Shown: positions 63,254 through 64,000 of the stretch, one piece after another
How positions within the stretch are numbered: position 1 is the stretch's first letter
Layout of the letters: each line of letters opens with the position of its first letter
NCBI GenBank assembly: GCA_964016885.1
Contig: OZ024741.1
Location: forward strand, 26,164,001 to 26,228,000
Reading direction: 5' to 3'
Origin: Eledone cirrhosa
Taxonomy: Eukaryota
DNA length: 64,000 nucleotides
The notes under the pieces: model-generated
Databases searched by the model: none
Told to the model about the DNA's origin: nothing
The model's input: the letters and a program-made list of their open reading frames with translations, nothing else
Position numbers and translations under genes: made by a program

Positions 63254-64000
63254 TATATATATATGAACACTGACCACTCCCCGAAAAAACCCAGAAACTT
63301 TCTTAAAGACTTATTTATTTATATATATATATATCATCATCATCATCATCATTATCATTTTACGTCCGCTTTTTCCCTGCTTGCAAGGGTGGGACGGGAA
63401 CTGATTCTGGCTTGATTTCTACAGCTGGATGCCCTTCCTAACACCAACCTCATTTACAGTGAGTGCTGAGTGCTTCTTTGCCGTGGCACCTCCATGTCCA
63501 CTTTGCAGTGGAATCTCATTTCTACAGCTGAGTAAACTGGAGCAATGTGAAATAAAGTGTCTTGCTCAAGAAAACAACACATCACCCAGTCTGAGAATTG
63601 AACTCGTAATCTTTCGATTGCAAGGCCAATGCTCTAACCACTAAGCCATATATATATATAAAGAGAGAGAGGGGGGGGGGGTCTATGGATAGAGTAGTGT
63701 AAGAGAGTATGTACAAATGAAGTGGTGTAAATCAAAATAGAGCACTTGTTATTTTTTGATAATGGGAAAGTGAAAACAGTGGAGTGAGAATGATATTGGA
63801 GATTTTGTTGTGATGGTCAGATAGGGTTGACCTAGATGTCATAGGGGAAGAAACAAAATATGATTAAAGTGATAAAGTTGGAAAAGCAATAAAATGTTGG
63901 TGTATTTTACAAATGAGTGTTTTATGAGACGAGAGGGTCATTAAGTGATGGTACCATATTGTGGTGGATACAAGTGATGGTACCTTATTGTGGTGGATAC

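Overview
AT-rich, repeat-dense animal DNA. The microsatellite, SINE and LINE content suggests a coleoid cephalopod, probably Octopus; this is an inference. Positions 263-29993 (+) hold 22 phase-consistent GT-AG coding exons (2743 nt, 913 aa plus stop) of a NEK10 orthologue, covering the late armadillo repeats, the whole kinase domain and the C-terminus. The 5' end of the gene lies upstream of the window. The rest is introns and intergenic DNA filled with mobile elements: CR1-type, RTE, CRE and R4/Dong LINE relics, Penelope-like elements, Tc1/mariner, hAT and piggyBac-type elements, two tRNA-derived SINE families, and satellites. A CpG-enriched promoter-like region at about 36.6-37.8 kb may start a second transcription unit. 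The most interesting signals are: (i) several hammerhead-ribozyme motifs in Penelope-like or retrozyme-like repeats, two with an intact catalytic core (60429-60556 on -, 46212-46276 on +); (ii) tandem repeats that copy NEK10 splice sites, giving in-frame alternative donors and stop-containing decoy acceptors; (iii) a hAT element with a perfect target-site duplication (TSD) that carries a CRE retrotransposon endonuclease fragment.
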